Below, piece after piece: positions 1-12,134 of a stretch of 64,000 nt of DNA; position 1 is the first letter of the stretch; every line of letters starts with the position of its first letter. The stretch is from Squalus acanthias. Taxonomy: Eukaryota. The DNA is taken from NCBI GenBank assembly GCA_030390025.1, contig CM059438.1, forward strand, positions 54,748,001-54,812,000, read 5' to 3'. The notes below the pieces were generated by a model. It worked only from the letters and a program-made list of their open reading frames with translations. It had not been told where the DNA came from and searched no databases. Made by a program: the position numbers and the translations under genes.

Positions 1-713
1 TGGGTGTAGCCCTGATAATAAAGGATGACATAAGGATAGTAGAGAGAAAGGATCTCGGCTCGGAAGATCAGGAAGTAGAATCAGTATGGGTGGAGATAAG
101 GAATAACAAGGGGCAGAAAACACTGGTAGGAGTAGTATATAGGCCCCCTAACAGTAGCTATACCGTTGGACAGAATATTAATCAAGAAATACTAGGAGCT
201 TGTAACAAAGGTAATGCAATAATCGTGGGAACTTTAATCTTCATATAGACTGGACAAATCAAATTGTCAAAGGTAGTCTGGAGGACGAGTTCATGGAATG
301 CATTCGGGACAGTTTCCTAGAACAATACGTCATGCAACCAACCAGGGAACAGGCTATTTTAGATCTTGTATTGTGTAATGAGACAGGGTTAATTAGCAAT
401 CTCATAGTAAAGGATCCTCTGGGGCAGAGTGATAATAACATGATAGAATTTCACATTAAGTTTGAGAGTGACTTGCCTAAGTCTGAATCTAGAGTCTTAA
501 ACTTAAATAAAGCCAATTACATAGGTATGAGGGGCGAGTTGGCTAAGGTAGATTGGAAAAATAGATTAAAAGGTATGTCGGTAGATAAGCAGTGGCTAGC
601 ATTTAAAGAAATATCTCATAATTCTCAACAAAAATACATTCCATTGAGAAACAAAAACTCCACGGGATAAGTGATCCATCCGTGGCTAACTAAAGAAGTT
701 AAAGATAGTATTA

Positions 714-1951
714 CGATAGCAAAATACTGCAGATGCTGGAAATCCGAAATAACAACAGAAAACGCTGGAAAAACTCAGCAGGCCAGGCAGCATCCGTGGA
801 GAGAGAAAGAGAGTTGACGTTTCAGGTCGATGACCTTTCATCAGAACTGGGAAGAGCTGGAAATCAAATAGATTTAAGGCCAGGGTAAAGCTGGGAAAAG
901 GGGGAGGGGATAAAGGAACAAAGGAGGAGATGAAGAGACATTAAGAGATATGCAAGGCTAGAGGTGGTGTTAATGTGACAGATTAAGGCTGAATGAAGTG
1001 TGAAATCTACTGGCAGAATGAAGGACAGCTGCCAGCTTCTAGGAGGAAAAAAAAGGTGGGGGGGACAAATAAAAGGGTGGATAAAATAAAATATAAATGT
1101 GATTGGAGCTGAGGTTATGATCTAAAATTGTTGAACTCGATATTGAGTCCAGAGGGCTGTAGCGTGCCTAAACGAAAGATGAGGTGCTGTTCCTCGAGCT
1201 TACGCTGAGCTTCCGTGGAGCAGTGTATTAGGCCGAGGACGGTGAGGTCAGAGTGGGAGTGAAGCGGTGAATTAAAGTGACAGGCCACCGGGAGCTCGGG
1301 GTCCCCCTTACGGACTGAACGGAGGTGTTCCGCAAAGCGGTCACCCAATCTGCGTTTGGTCTCCCCAATGTAGAGGAGTCCACATCGTGAGCAGCGAATA
1401 CAGTATACTAAATTGCAGGAAGTACAAGTAAATCGCTGTTTCACCTGGAAGGGGTGTTTGGGGCCCTGGACAGTGGGAAGAGGGGAGGTATAAGGGCATG
1501 TGTTGCATCTCCTGCGCGTGCACGGGAAGGTGCCGGGCGAAGGGGAAGGGGTGCTGGGGGTGGTAGAGGAGTGGACTAGGGTGTCGCGGAGGGAGCGGTC
1601 CCTGCGGAATGCTGAAAGGGGAGGTGAGGGGAAGATGTGTTTGGTGGTGGGATCACGCTGGAGGTGGCGGAAATGGCGGAGGATGATCCGTTGAATGTGG
1701 AGGCTGGTGGGGTGAAAGGTGAGGACAAGGGGAACCCTATCGTGGTTCCGGGAGGGAGGGGCAGGGGTGAGGGCAGATGTGCGGGAGATAGAACGGACAC
1801 GGTCGAGGGCCGTGTCGACCACGGTAGAGGGGAATCCTCGGTTGAGGAAAAAGGAAGACATGTCGGAAGCACTGGTATGGAAGGTGGCATCATCAGAGCA
1901 GATGCGGCGGAGACGGAGAAACTGGGAGAATGGAATAGAGTCCTTACAGGA
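714..1951 (-). mobile_element. Penelope-like retroelement (Neptune-type), 5'-truncated left arm: RT C-terminus, Cys linker, GIY-YIG endonuclease, full 3' end
   Basis: ORF 1115-2032(-): SIPFSQFLRLRRICS, CTRRRCNTC linker, LVYCIRC...YIGETKRRLGDRFAEH GIY-YIG motif. Confidence 0.92.
812..848 (-). ncRNA. Minimal hammerhead ribozyme motif, left-arm copy
   Basis: Exact reverse complement of 2638-2674. Confidence 0.75.
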
Positions 1952-2738
1952 GGCACCTTCCCGTGCACGCGCAGGAGATGCAACACATGCCCTTATACCT
2001 CCCCTCTTCCCACTGTCCAGGGCCCCAAACACCCCTTCCAGGTGAAACAGCGATTTACTTGTACTTCCTGCAATTTAGTATACTGTATTCGCTGCTCACG
2101 ATGTGGACTCCTCTACATTGGGGAGACCAAACGCAGATTGGGTGACCGCTTTGCGGAACACCTCCGTTCAGTCCGTAAGGGGGACCCCGAGCTCCCGGTG
2201 GCCTGTCACTTTAATTCACCGCTTCACTCCCACTCTGACCTCACCGTCCTCGGCCTAATACACTGCTCCACGGAAGCTCAGCGTAAGCTCGAGGAACAGC
2301 ACCTCATCTTTCGTTTAGGCACGCTACAGCCCTCTGGACTCAATATCGAGTTCAACAATTTTAGATCATAACCTCAGCTCCAATCACATTTATATTTTAT
2401 TTTATCCACCCTTTTATTTGTCCCCCCCACCTTTTTTTTCCTCCTAGAAGCTGGCAGCTGTCCTTCATTCTGCCAGTAGATTTCACACTTCATTCAGCCT
2501 TAATCTGTCACATTAACACCACCTCTAGCCTTGCATATCTCTTAATGTCTCTTCATCTCCTCCTTTGTTCCTTTATCCCCTCCCCCTTTTCCCAGCTTTA
2601 CCCTGGCCTTAAATCTATTTGATTTCCAGCTCTTCCCAGTTCTGATGAAAGGTCATCGACCTGAAACGTCAACTCTCTTTCTCTCTCCACGGATGCTGCC
2701 TGGCCTGCTGAGTTTTTCCAGCGTTTTCTGTTGTTATT
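1952..2738 (+). mobile_element. Penelope-like retroelement, inverted right arm (GIY-YIG domain + 3' UTR)
   Basis: Reverse complement of 748-1534; GIY-YIG ORF ends at 2371; whole insertion bounded by TTAAAGATAGTATTA at 699-713 and 2737-2751. Confidence 0.92.
2638..2674 (+). ncRNA. Minimal type I hammerhead ribozyme motif in Penelope 3' UTR
   Basis: AGTT-CTGATGA-A-AGGTC(ATC)GACCT-GAAA-C-GTC-AACT: core CUGAUGA/GAAA, 5-bp stem II, 4-bp stem I, palindromic ACGU stem III, GUC cleavage triplet ending at 2670. Confidence 0.75.
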
Positions 2739-4681
2739 AAAGATAGTATTAGATTGAAAGAAGAAGCTTATAATGCTGCGAAGAATAGTAGTAAGCCTGA
2801 GGATTGGGAGATTTTCAGAAACCAGCAAATGATGACTAAAAATTGATAAAAAGGGAAAAAATAGAATATGAGAGAAAACCAGCAAGAAATATAAAAACAG
2901 ATTGTAAGAGCTTCTACAAGTATGTAAAAAGGAAGAGAGTAGCAAAAGTAAGCGCTGGTCCCTTAGAGGCTGAGACAGGAGAAATTATTATGGGGAATAA
3001 GGAAATGGCAGAAGCGTTAAACAAATATTTTGTATCTGTCTTCATAGTAGAAGACGCAGAAAGCATACCAAAAATGGTGGGGAACCAAGGGTCTAATGAG
3101 GGTGAGGAACTTAACGTAATTAATATAAGCAGAGAAAAAGTACTAGAGAAACTAATGGGACTAAAAGCCGACAAATCCCCTGGACCTGATGTCTTACATT
3201 CTAGGGTTCTAAAGGAGGTGGCTGCAGATATAGTACGTGCATTGGTTTTGATCTTCCAAAATTCCCTAGATTCTAGAATGGTCCCAGCAGATTGGAAGGT
3301 AGCAAATGTAACCCTGCTATTCAAGAAAGGAGGGAGAGAAAAAACAGGGAACTACAGGCCAGTTAGCCTGACATCAGTCGTCGGGAAAATGCTGGATTCC
3401 ATTGTTAAGGAAGTGTTATCAGGGCACTTAGAAAATCATAACATGATTAGGCAGAGTCAACATGGTTTTATGAAAGGAAAATCGTGTTTGACAAATTTAT
3501 TAGAGTTTTATGAGGATGTAAATAGCAAGGTAGATGAAGGGGAACCAGTGGATGTAGTATATTTGGACTTCCAAAAGGCATTCAATAAGGTGCCACATAA
3601 AAGGTTATTACACAAGATAAGGGCTCATGGGTTTGGGGGTAATATAGTAGCATGAATAGAGGATTGGTTAACGGACAGAAAACAGAGAGTAGGGATAAAC
3701 GGGTCTTTCTCAGGTTGGCAGGCTGTAACTAGTGGGGTGCCGCAAGGATCAGTGCTGGGGCCTCAGCTATTTACAATCTATATTAATGACCTAGATGAAG
3801 GGACCGAGTGTAATGTATCCAAGTTTGCTGACAACACAAAGCTAAGTGGGACAGTAAGCTGTGAGGAGAACACAAAGAGTCTGCAAAGGGATATAGATAG
3901 ACTAAGTGAGTGGGCAGTAAGGTGGCAGATGGAGTATAATGTAAGGAAATGTGAGGTTATTCACTTTGGTAGGAAGAATAGAAAAACAGAATATTTTTTA
4001 AATGGTGGGAAACTTTTAAATGTTGGTGTTCAGAGAGATTTGGGTGTCCTCGTGCAAGAAACACAGAAAGCTAACATGCAGGTACAGCAAGCAATAAGGA
4101 AGGCAAATGGCACGTTGGCCTTTATTGCAAGGGGATTGGAGTATAAGAGTAAGGAAGTCTTGCTACAATTGTACAGGGCCTTGGTGAGACCACACCTGGA
4201 GTACTGTGCACAGTTCTGGTCTCCTTATCTAAGGAAGGATATACTTGCCTTGGAGGCAGTGCAACAAAGGTTCACTAGATTGATTCCTGGGACAAGAGGG
4301 CTGTCCTATGATGAGAGATTGTGTAGATTGGGCCTATACACTCCGGAGTTTAGAAGAATGAGAGGTGATCTCATTGAAACATACAAGATTCTGAAGGGGA
4401 TTGACAGGGTAGATGCTGAGAGGTTGTTTCCCCTAGCTGGAGTGTTTAGAACTAGGGGGCATAGTCTCAGGATAAGGGGTAGACCATTTAAGACTGAGAT
4501 GAGGAGGAATTTCTTCACTCAGAGGGTTGTGAATCTTTGGAATTCTCTGCCCCAGAGGGCTGTGGATGCTGAGTCTTTGAGTATATTCAAGGCTGAGATA
4601 GATAGATTTTTGGACTCTAGGGGAATCAAGGGATTTGTAGATCGGGCAGGAAAGTGGAGTTGAGGTCGATGATCAGCCATG

Positions 4682-6732
4682 TTCCCGTAAAGGTCAAGGG
4701 TGGGACCAACAAGCCCAGGGAACCCTGGATGTCAAGAGATATACGAGAATGGATTAGGAAAAAAAGGGAGGCTTTTGGCAGATACAAAGGACTAAAAACA
4801 GTGGAAGCCCTAGAGGAGTATAGAAAGTGCAGGGGGGTACTTAAAAAAGAAATTAGGAGAGTGAAGAGGGGGCATGAAAAAACACTGGCGGGCAAAATAA
4901 AGGAAAATCCCAAGGTGTTTTATAAGTATATTAAGGGCAAGAGGATAACCAGGGAAAGAGTAGGGCCCATTAGGGACCAAAGTGGCAATCTGTGTGTAGA
5001 GCCGGAAGATGTAGGTGAGGTTTTAAATGAATATTTTGCATCTGTGTTCACTATGAAGAAGGGTGATGTAGGCATAGAAATCAGGCAGGGAGATTGTGAT
5101 ATACTTGAACAAATTAGTATTGAGAGGGAGGAGGTACCAGCGGTTTTAGTGGGCTTAAAAGTGGATAAATCCCCAGGCCCTGACGGGATGTATCCCAGGC
5201 TGCTGTTTGAGGCAAGGGAAGAGATTGCAGGGGCTCTGACACAAATTTTCAGAACCTCTCTGGCCACAGGGGAGGTGCCAGAGGACTGGAGAACAGCTAA
5301 CATAGTACCATTGTTCAAGAAGGGTAGTAGGGATAAGCCAGGGAATTACAGGCCAGTGAGCCTAACATCAGTGGTAGGGAAATTATTGGAAAAAATTCTG
5401 AGGGACAGAATTAGTCTCCACTTGGAGAGGCAAGGATTAATCAAAGATAGTCAGCATGGCTTTGTCAGGGGGAGATCATGTCTGACCAATTTGATTGAAT
5501 TTTGAGAGGGGGTGACTAGGTGTGTGGATGAGGGTAGTGCAGTTGATGTAGTCTACATGGACTTCAGTAAGGCTTTTGACAAAGTCCCACATGGGAGACT
5601 GGTCAAGAAAGTAAGAGCCCATGGGATCCAGGGCAATTTGCACATTGGATCCAAAATTGGCTTAGTGGCAGGAGGCAGAGGGTGATGGTCGAAGGTTGTT
5701 TTTGTGACTGGAAGCCTGTGTCCAGTGGTGTACCGCAGGGATTGGTGCTGGGTCCTTTGCTGTTTGTAGTGTACATTAATGATTTAGATATGAATGTAGG
5801 AGGTATGATCAGTAAGTTCGCAGATGACATGAAAATTGGTGGAGTGGTAAATAGTGAGGAGGGAAGCCTCAGGCTACAGGACGATATAGACGGGATGGTT
5901 AGATGGGCAGAACAGTGGCAAATGGAATTTAACCCTGAAAAGTGTGAGGTGATGCATTTTGGGAGGATAAACAAGGCAAGGGAATACACAATGAATGGTA
6001 GGATCCTAGGAAGGACAGAGGATCAGAGGGACCTTGGTGTGCATGTACATAGATCGCTGAAGGCAGCAGGACACGTAGATAAGATGGTTAAAAAGGCATA
6101 TGGGATACTTGCCTTCATTAGTCAAGGCATAGAATATAAGAGCAGGGTGGTTAGATTGGGGCTGTACAAAACGTTAGTTAGGCCACAGCTGGAATACTGT
6201 GTGCAGTTCTGGTCACCACACTATAGGAGGGATGTGATTGTATTGGAGAGGGTGCAGAGGAGATTCACCAGGATGTTACCTGGGCTGGAACACTTCAGCT
6301 ATGAAGTTAGACTGGACAGGCTGGGGTTGTTTTCCTTAGTGCAGAGAAGGCTGAGGGGGGACCTGATTGAGGTGTACAAAATTATGAGGGGCATAGATAG
6401 GGTAGATAGAAAGGAACTTTTCCCCTTAGTAGAGGGGTCAATAACCAGGGGGCATAGTTTCAAGGTAAAGGGCAGAAGGTTTAGAGGGGATTTGAGGAAA
6501 AACTTTTTCACCCAGAGGGTGGTTGGAATCTGGAACTCACTGCCTGAAAGGGTGGTAGAGGCAGGAACCCTCACAACATTCAAGAAGCATTTAGATGAGC
6601 ACTTGAAACGCCATAGCATACAAGGCTACGGACCAAGTGCTGGAAAATGGGATTAGAATAGACAGGGCTTGATGGCCGACGTGGACACGATGGGCCAAAG
6701 GGCCTCTTTCTGTGCTGTATAACTCTATGACT
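4682..6732 (+). mobile_element. CR1 LINE, 5'-truncated, second subfamily, disrupted ORF2
   Basis: ORFs 4654-5505 and 5682-6656 with RT motifs (FADDMK); tail ...ctgtgctgtataactctatgac. Confidence 0.95.
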
Positions 6733-6735
6733 TTA

Positions 6736-7600
6736 CCATCAAACACTCCCAGGGCAGGTACAGCACAGGTTAGATACAGAGTAAACTCCCTTTACATTGT
6801 CCCATCAAACACTCCCAGGGCAGGTACAGCACAGGTTAGATACAGAGTAAAGCTCCCTCTACACTGTCCCATCAAACACTCCCAGGGCAGGTACAGCACG
6901 GGTTAGATACAGAGTAAAGCTCCCTCTGCACTGTCCCATCAAACACTCCCAGGGCAGGTACAGCACGGGTTAGATACAGAGTAAAGCTCCCTCTACACTG
7001 TCCCATCAAACACTCCCAGGGCAGGTACAGCACGGGTTAGATACACAGTAAAGCTCCCTCTACACTGTCCCATCAAACACTCCCAGGGCAGGTACAGCAC
7101 GGGTTAGATACAAAGTAAAGCTCCCTCTACACTGTCCCATCAAACACTCCCAGGGCAGGTACAGCACGGGTTAGATACAGAGTAAAGCTCCTTCTACACT
7201 GTCCCATCAAACACTCCCAGGGCAGGTACAGCATGGGTTAGATATAGAGTAAAGCTCCCTCTACACTGTCCCATCAAACACTCCAGGGCAGGTACAGCAC
7301 GGGTTAGATACAGAGTAAAGCTCCTTCTACACTGTCCCATCAAACACTCCCAGGGCAGGTACAGCACGGGTTAGATACAGAGTAAAGCTCCTTCTACACT
7401 GTCCCATCAAACACTCCCAGGGCAGGTACAGCATGGGTTAGATATAGAGTAAAGCTCCCTCTACACTGTCCCATCAACACTCCAAAGACAGGTACAGCAC
7501 GGGTTAGACTATCCCTTGAAACACTCACAAGGCAGGTACAGCACGGGTTAAATACCGAGTAAAACTCACGCTACACTGTCCCATCAAACACTCCCAGGAC
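6736..7600. repeat. 67-bp tandem repeat, about 13 copies
   Basis: Unit AAACACTCCCAGGGCAGGTACAGCACGGGTTAGATACAGAGTAAAGCTCCCTCTACACTGTCCCATC recurring at 6741, 6807, 6874, 6941... Confidence 0.97.
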
Positions 7601-8259
7601 AGGAAAACTGTGGGTAAGATGCTTCCTTTCGCTGTCCCTGTGTTTTCATTGTGGAATCATTCACATTAGGGATTTTTAAATATTAAACTTTATTCGTGTT
7701 ATTCCTTCACATTGATGTTTATTTGTTTATTTAGCCTGGGGGTCTATTAAAGGAGCGGAATTATGCAGGGCGTGGGTTAAGTTTCCTCAATAAGTTGCCC
7801 TTTAGAATGGGGAGTATCTAATATGCATCACACGTGTATCACCTTAAGACTGGGGCAACGCTTTCGGAAATTAAAACTGAAATGTGTTGTAACCAAATGA
7901 AATTCATCACGAAGACCAACCCTGGTTCAGAAAGGAACTCGTTGTGGAAATGTCTCCAACATTGCCGTACATGGTGGAATTGTGCTTTGATGAGTGTTGG
8001 ATTAACATTGGTTTCTGCAAATGGGAAAAATCTGTTACAGGTAATTGGAACGTGAAAACAAAGAGAAAAGCCTGGAACTATCCAAGGTGGGAATTTACTG
8101 ATCCTTGGACAAGTATAGCACATGCACGTTAAGTGACTATGCGGCTGATCAGACTCAGTCTGGGTATTAGCAAAGTCTATGATGGTGGTGTTTTACAGGT
8201 CTGATTCCGTGAAGTCTCCACCTCTCTGGAGTGTCACAGAGCCCACAGCTCCACCCCTC

Positions 8260-8345
8260 GGGTCTAGATATAGTGCAGCTCGTGACAGCGTCACTTGAAA
8301 CAGTCTCGGATAGTTGGTGCACCCAGTACCTCCGTCAACCGTGAT
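8260..8345 (+). promoter_or_regulatory. Possible tachykinin receptor proximal promoter
   Basis: Non-repetitive CpG-containing DNA upstream of exon 1; GTGAC-AGC-GTCAC inverted repeat (8282-8294) with CGTCA half-CRE and a second CGTCA near 8333. TSS cannot be determined. Confidence 0.25.
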
Positions 8346-8454
8346 CGCTATTTACAAACATTTCCAAATTTGTGCAAGTGCTTGCGTCGGTGAGCTCGGT
8401 CTTTACAGGTGATGGGGCGGTGAGCTGGGAATTGGGGAGAGGGTTGTCCGAATG

Positions 8455-9570
8455 TCGGGATAGTGAGCTGGTTTTCGGCGATAGTGAGCGGGGTCTCTCC
8501 GAGTGTTTGGATAGTGAGCAGAGTCTCTCCAGGTGTCGGGATAGTGACTGGGTCTCTCCAGGTGTCGGGATAGTGACTGGGTCTCTCCAGGTGTCGGGAT
8601 AGTGAGCGGGGTCTCTCCAGGAGTCGGGATAGTGACTGGGTCTCTCCAGGTGTCGGGATAGTGAGCGGGGTCTCTCCAGGAGTCGGGATAGTGACTGGGT
8701 CTCTCCAGGTGTCGGGATAGTGAGCGGGGTCTCTCCAGGAGTCGGGATAGTGACTGGGTCTCTCCAGGTGTCGGGATAGTGAGCGGGGTCTCTCCAGGAG
8801 TCGGGATAGTGACTGGGTCTCTCCAGGTGTTGGGATAGTGAGCGGGGTCTCTCCAGGAGTCGGGATAGTGACTGGGTCTCTCCGAGTGTCGCGGATAGTG
8901 AGCGGGGACTCTGCAGGTGTCGGGATAGTGAGCGGGGTCTCTCCAGGTGTCGGGATAGTGAGCGGGGACTGTCCAGGTGTCGGGATAGTGAGCGGGGACT
9001 CTCCAGGAGTCGGGATAGTGAGCGGGGTCTCTCTCGGTGTCGGGACAGTGAGCGGGGACTCTCCGGGCGTTGGAATAGTGAGCTGGAACTCTCCCAGGTG
9101 TTGGGATAGTGAGCTGGAACTCGCCAGGTGTCGGGATAGTGAGCTGGAACTCGCCAGGTGTCGGGATAGTGAGCGGGGACTCTCCAGGTGTCGGGATAGT
9201 GAGCGGGGTCTCTCCAGGTGTCGGGATAGTGAGCGGGGTCTCTCCGAGTGTCGCGGATAGTGAGCGGGGTCTCTCCGAGTGTCGCGGATAGTGAGCGGGG
9301 TCTCTCCAGGTGTCGGGATAGTGAGCGGGGTCTCTCCAGGTGTCGGGATAGTGAGCGGGGTCTCTCCAGGTGTCGGGATAGTGAGCGGGGTCTCTCCAGG
9401 TGTCGGGATAGTGAGCGGGGTCTCTCCGAGTGTCGCGGATAGTGAGCGGGGTCTCTCCAGGTGTCGGGATAGTGAGCGGGGTCTCTCCAGGTGTCGGGAT
9501 AGTGAGCGGGGTCTCTCCAGGTGTCGGGATAGTGAGCGGGGTCTCTCCAGGTGTCGGGATAGTGAGCTGG
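8455..9570. repeat. 30-bp CpG-rich minisatellite, about 36 copies, ending about 105 bp before the receptor ATG
   Basis: Unit GGGATAGTGAGCGGGGTCTCTCCAGGTGTC with 29-31-bp variants. Confidence 0.97.
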
Positions 9571-9675
9571 GGTCCTTTAGTGCTCTACACAGCCACCCCA
9601 GCCGGAGCCCGGAGATTGTGTTGGTTCTGAAGTCGGCGCACGGACAGAGCTGCAGGTTCCAGTGCCGGGTGTGAG

Positions 9676-10061
9676 ATGAGCAGCGAGGCGGGAGCTGAGC
9701 TGAATGCCACTGGACTCGGAGTCAATCAAACCCTGGCCAATGCGTTTGCCCAGCCTGCCTGGCAGGTGTGTCTCTGGGCTCTCGCTTACTCGGCCATCGT
9801 GCTGACCGCTGTGTGCGGCAATGTGGTTGTGATGTGGATCATCCTGGCCCATCGGAGGATGCGGACAGTCACCAACTACTTTCTGGTCAACCTGGCCGTG
9901 GGAGACGCCTCCATGGCCGCCTTTAACACCGCCTTCAACTTCATCTACGCCGTGCACAATGACTGGTACTTCGGATTACATTACTGCCGCTTTCAGAACC
10001 TCCTGCCCATCACTGCCGTGTTCGCCAGCATCTACTCAATGACAGCCATTGCCCTGGACAG
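9676..10061 (+). CDS. TACR2: Tachykinin receptor (NK2-like) coding exon 1: N-terminus to TM3
   Basis: MSSEAG...[30 protein letters not shown]...[26 protein letters not shown]; donor AG|GTAAGG, phase 2; two N-glycosylation sequons (NAT, NQT). Confidence 0.88.
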
Positions 10062-10097
10062 GTAAGGAACGGAGAAAGCCGGGACTGGACCCACCAT

Positions 10098-10911
10098 GGA
10101 CAGGTCTCACCCGGCTCCAGCCCGGGACAGGTCTCACCAGGGACAGGTCTCACCCGGCTCCAGCCCGGGACAGGTCTCACCAGGGACAGGTCTCACCAGG
10201 GACAGGTCCCACCCGGCTCCATCCCGGGACAGGTCTCACCAGGGACAGGTCTCACCCGGCTCCATCCCGGGACAGGTCTCACCCGGCTCCAGCCCGGGAC
10301 AGGTCTCACCCGGCTCCAGCCTGGGGCAGGTCTCACCCGGGACAGTTCTCACCCGGCTCCATCCTGGGACAGGTCTCACCCGGGACAGTTCTCACCCGGC
10401 TCCATCCCGGGACAGGTCTCACCCGGGACAGGTCTCACCCGGCTCCATCCCGGGACAGGTCTCACCCGGGACAGGTCTCACCCGGCTCCATCCCGGGACA
10501 GGTCTCACCCGGCTCCATCCCGGGACAGGTCTCATCCGGCTCCAGCCCGGGCCAGGTCTCACCCGGCTCCATCCCGGGACAGGTCTCACCCGGGACAGGT
10601 CTCACCCGGCTCCATCCCGGGACAGGTCTCACCCGGCTCCATCCCGGGACAGGTCTCACCCGGCTCCATCCCGGGACAGGTCTCACCCGGGACAGGTCTC
10701 ACCCGGCTCCATCCCGGGACAGGTCTCACCCGGCTCCATCCCGGGACAGGTCTCACCCGGCTCCATCCCGGGACAGGTCTCACCCGGCTCCATCCCGGGA
10801 CAGGTCTCACCCGGCTCCATCCCGGGACAGGTCTCACCCGGCTCCATCCCGGGACAGGTCTCACCCGGCTCCAGCCCGGGACAGGTCTCACCCGGCTCCA
10901 GCCCGGGACAA
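10098..10911. repeat. 27-bp/16-bp compound GC-rich minisatellite at start of intron 1
   Basis: Units GGGACAGGTCTCACCCGGCTCCATCCC and GGGACAGGTCTCACC(C/A). Confidence 0.97.
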
Positions 10912-11094
10912 GTATCGCCTCCAAGAGCACCACTCAAAGGAGCTTAAATTGAAGGGAGATTGTCCGGGAGCGAGCGGCTTACTTGTTGCACTTGCGTCAG
11001 TTTAGTTCCCAGTGCCGCCTTCAGCCCCGTTCCCAGACTGTTTCTCGGGTGTTTGGTTATTGCGGCCGGTGCCCATCTCAGTCTGTTTAAAGTG

Positions 11095-11525
11095 AACAAC
11101 AACAACAACTTGTATTTATATAGCGCCTTTAATGTAGTAAAACTTCCCAAGGCGATTCACAGGAGTATTATAGGACAAAAAATTGACACCGAGCCACATA
11201 AGGAGATATTAGGGCAGGTGACCAAAAGCTTGGTCAAAGAGGTAGGTTTTAAGGAGCATCTTAAAGGAGGAAAGAGGTAGAGAGGCGGAGAGGTTTAGGC
11301 AGGGAATTCCAGAGTTTAGGGCCCAGGCAGCTGAAGGCACTGCCACTGGTGGAGCGATTATAATCGGGGATGCTCAAGAGGGCAGAATTAGAGGAGCACA
11401 GATATCTCCGGGGGTTGTGGGGCTGAAGGAGATTACAGAGATAGGGAGGGGCGAGGCCATGGCGGGATTTGAAAACAAGGATGAGAATTTTGAAATCGAG
11501 GCATTGCTTAACCGGGAGCCAATGC
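11095..11525 (-). mobile_element. L2 LINE 3' fragment
   Basis: HWLPVKQ..FKILILVFKS..GLAPPYL C-terminal motif; (TTG)n tail. Confidence 0.85.
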
Positions 11526-11875
11526 AATCCAAATAAATGTGTTTAAGTTTGGATGCCCACTCCTCTCTCTCCAGCTGTTCTCTCCCTCCACTTCCTTAGT
11601 TTAGGGAAGTGGGTCCCGGGCTCGGTGGAATACTCAGCCACTGGCTCTGACGAGGTCTCAATCCTGCTCCGCATTCATCACTCAGCAGGCAGCAACTTTG
11701 ACCCTAGCAAAGAATGGAATTTCAGGAGAGGTGGAGAAAAAAATTATAAATAAAATAAAAACGGGGAACGTGGCTACCTGTTATCACCATTACACTGGGA
11801 GCTGAGAAATTATACCTTGTATAATACACCTGAGACACTACTAAAGACAGCTGTAAGTAACTGTACAGTTACTTC

Positions 11876-12050
11876 ATAGATGCATTCAAGGGGAAGCTGG
11901 ATAAGTACATGAGGGAGAAATGAGTAGAAGGATATGCTGATAGGGTGAGATGAAGAGGGGTGGAAAGAGGCTCGTGTGGAGCATAAACACCGACATAGAC
12001 CTGTTGGGCTGAATGGTCTGTTTCTGTGCAGTGCATTCTATATAACTATA
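11876..12050 (+). mobile_element. CR1 3' end fragment
   Basis: gcattcaaggggaagctggataagtacatgagg...gggctgaatggtctgtttctgtg matches CR1 termini elsewhere in the window. Confidence 0.65.
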
Positions 12051-12134
12051 GATGGAGAATGAGGATAATATGGGGGAGTGAGAAGTGCTGTCTGATCACC
12101 TGCTAAGTAACATTTTCTGTGTCTTACCGCACAG

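Larger units (their letters stand above)
1..4681 (+). mobile_element. CR1 LINE (APE endonuclease + RT ORF2, with stops/frameshifts), interrupted by a Penelope insertion at 714-2738
   Basis: ORFs 293-670, 2843-3655 and 3737-4663 carry CR1 ORF2 motifs ([45 protein letters not shown]). 3' UTR breaks off near 4681. Confidence 0.95.

Noticed and set aside
1637..2371. 244-aa ORF as a novel fusion nuclease gene
   Set aside because: N-terminal half is antisense Penelope sequence created by the inversion, with a non-ATG start.
6736..7600. CRISPR-like array or tandem twister/HDV ribozyme
   Set aside because: No unique spacers, eukaryotic context, and the required ribozyme core motifs could not be matched on either strand.
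8838..11005. Long ORFs 8838-9674 and 10049-11005
   Set aside because: Translations of minisatellites with periodic peptides.
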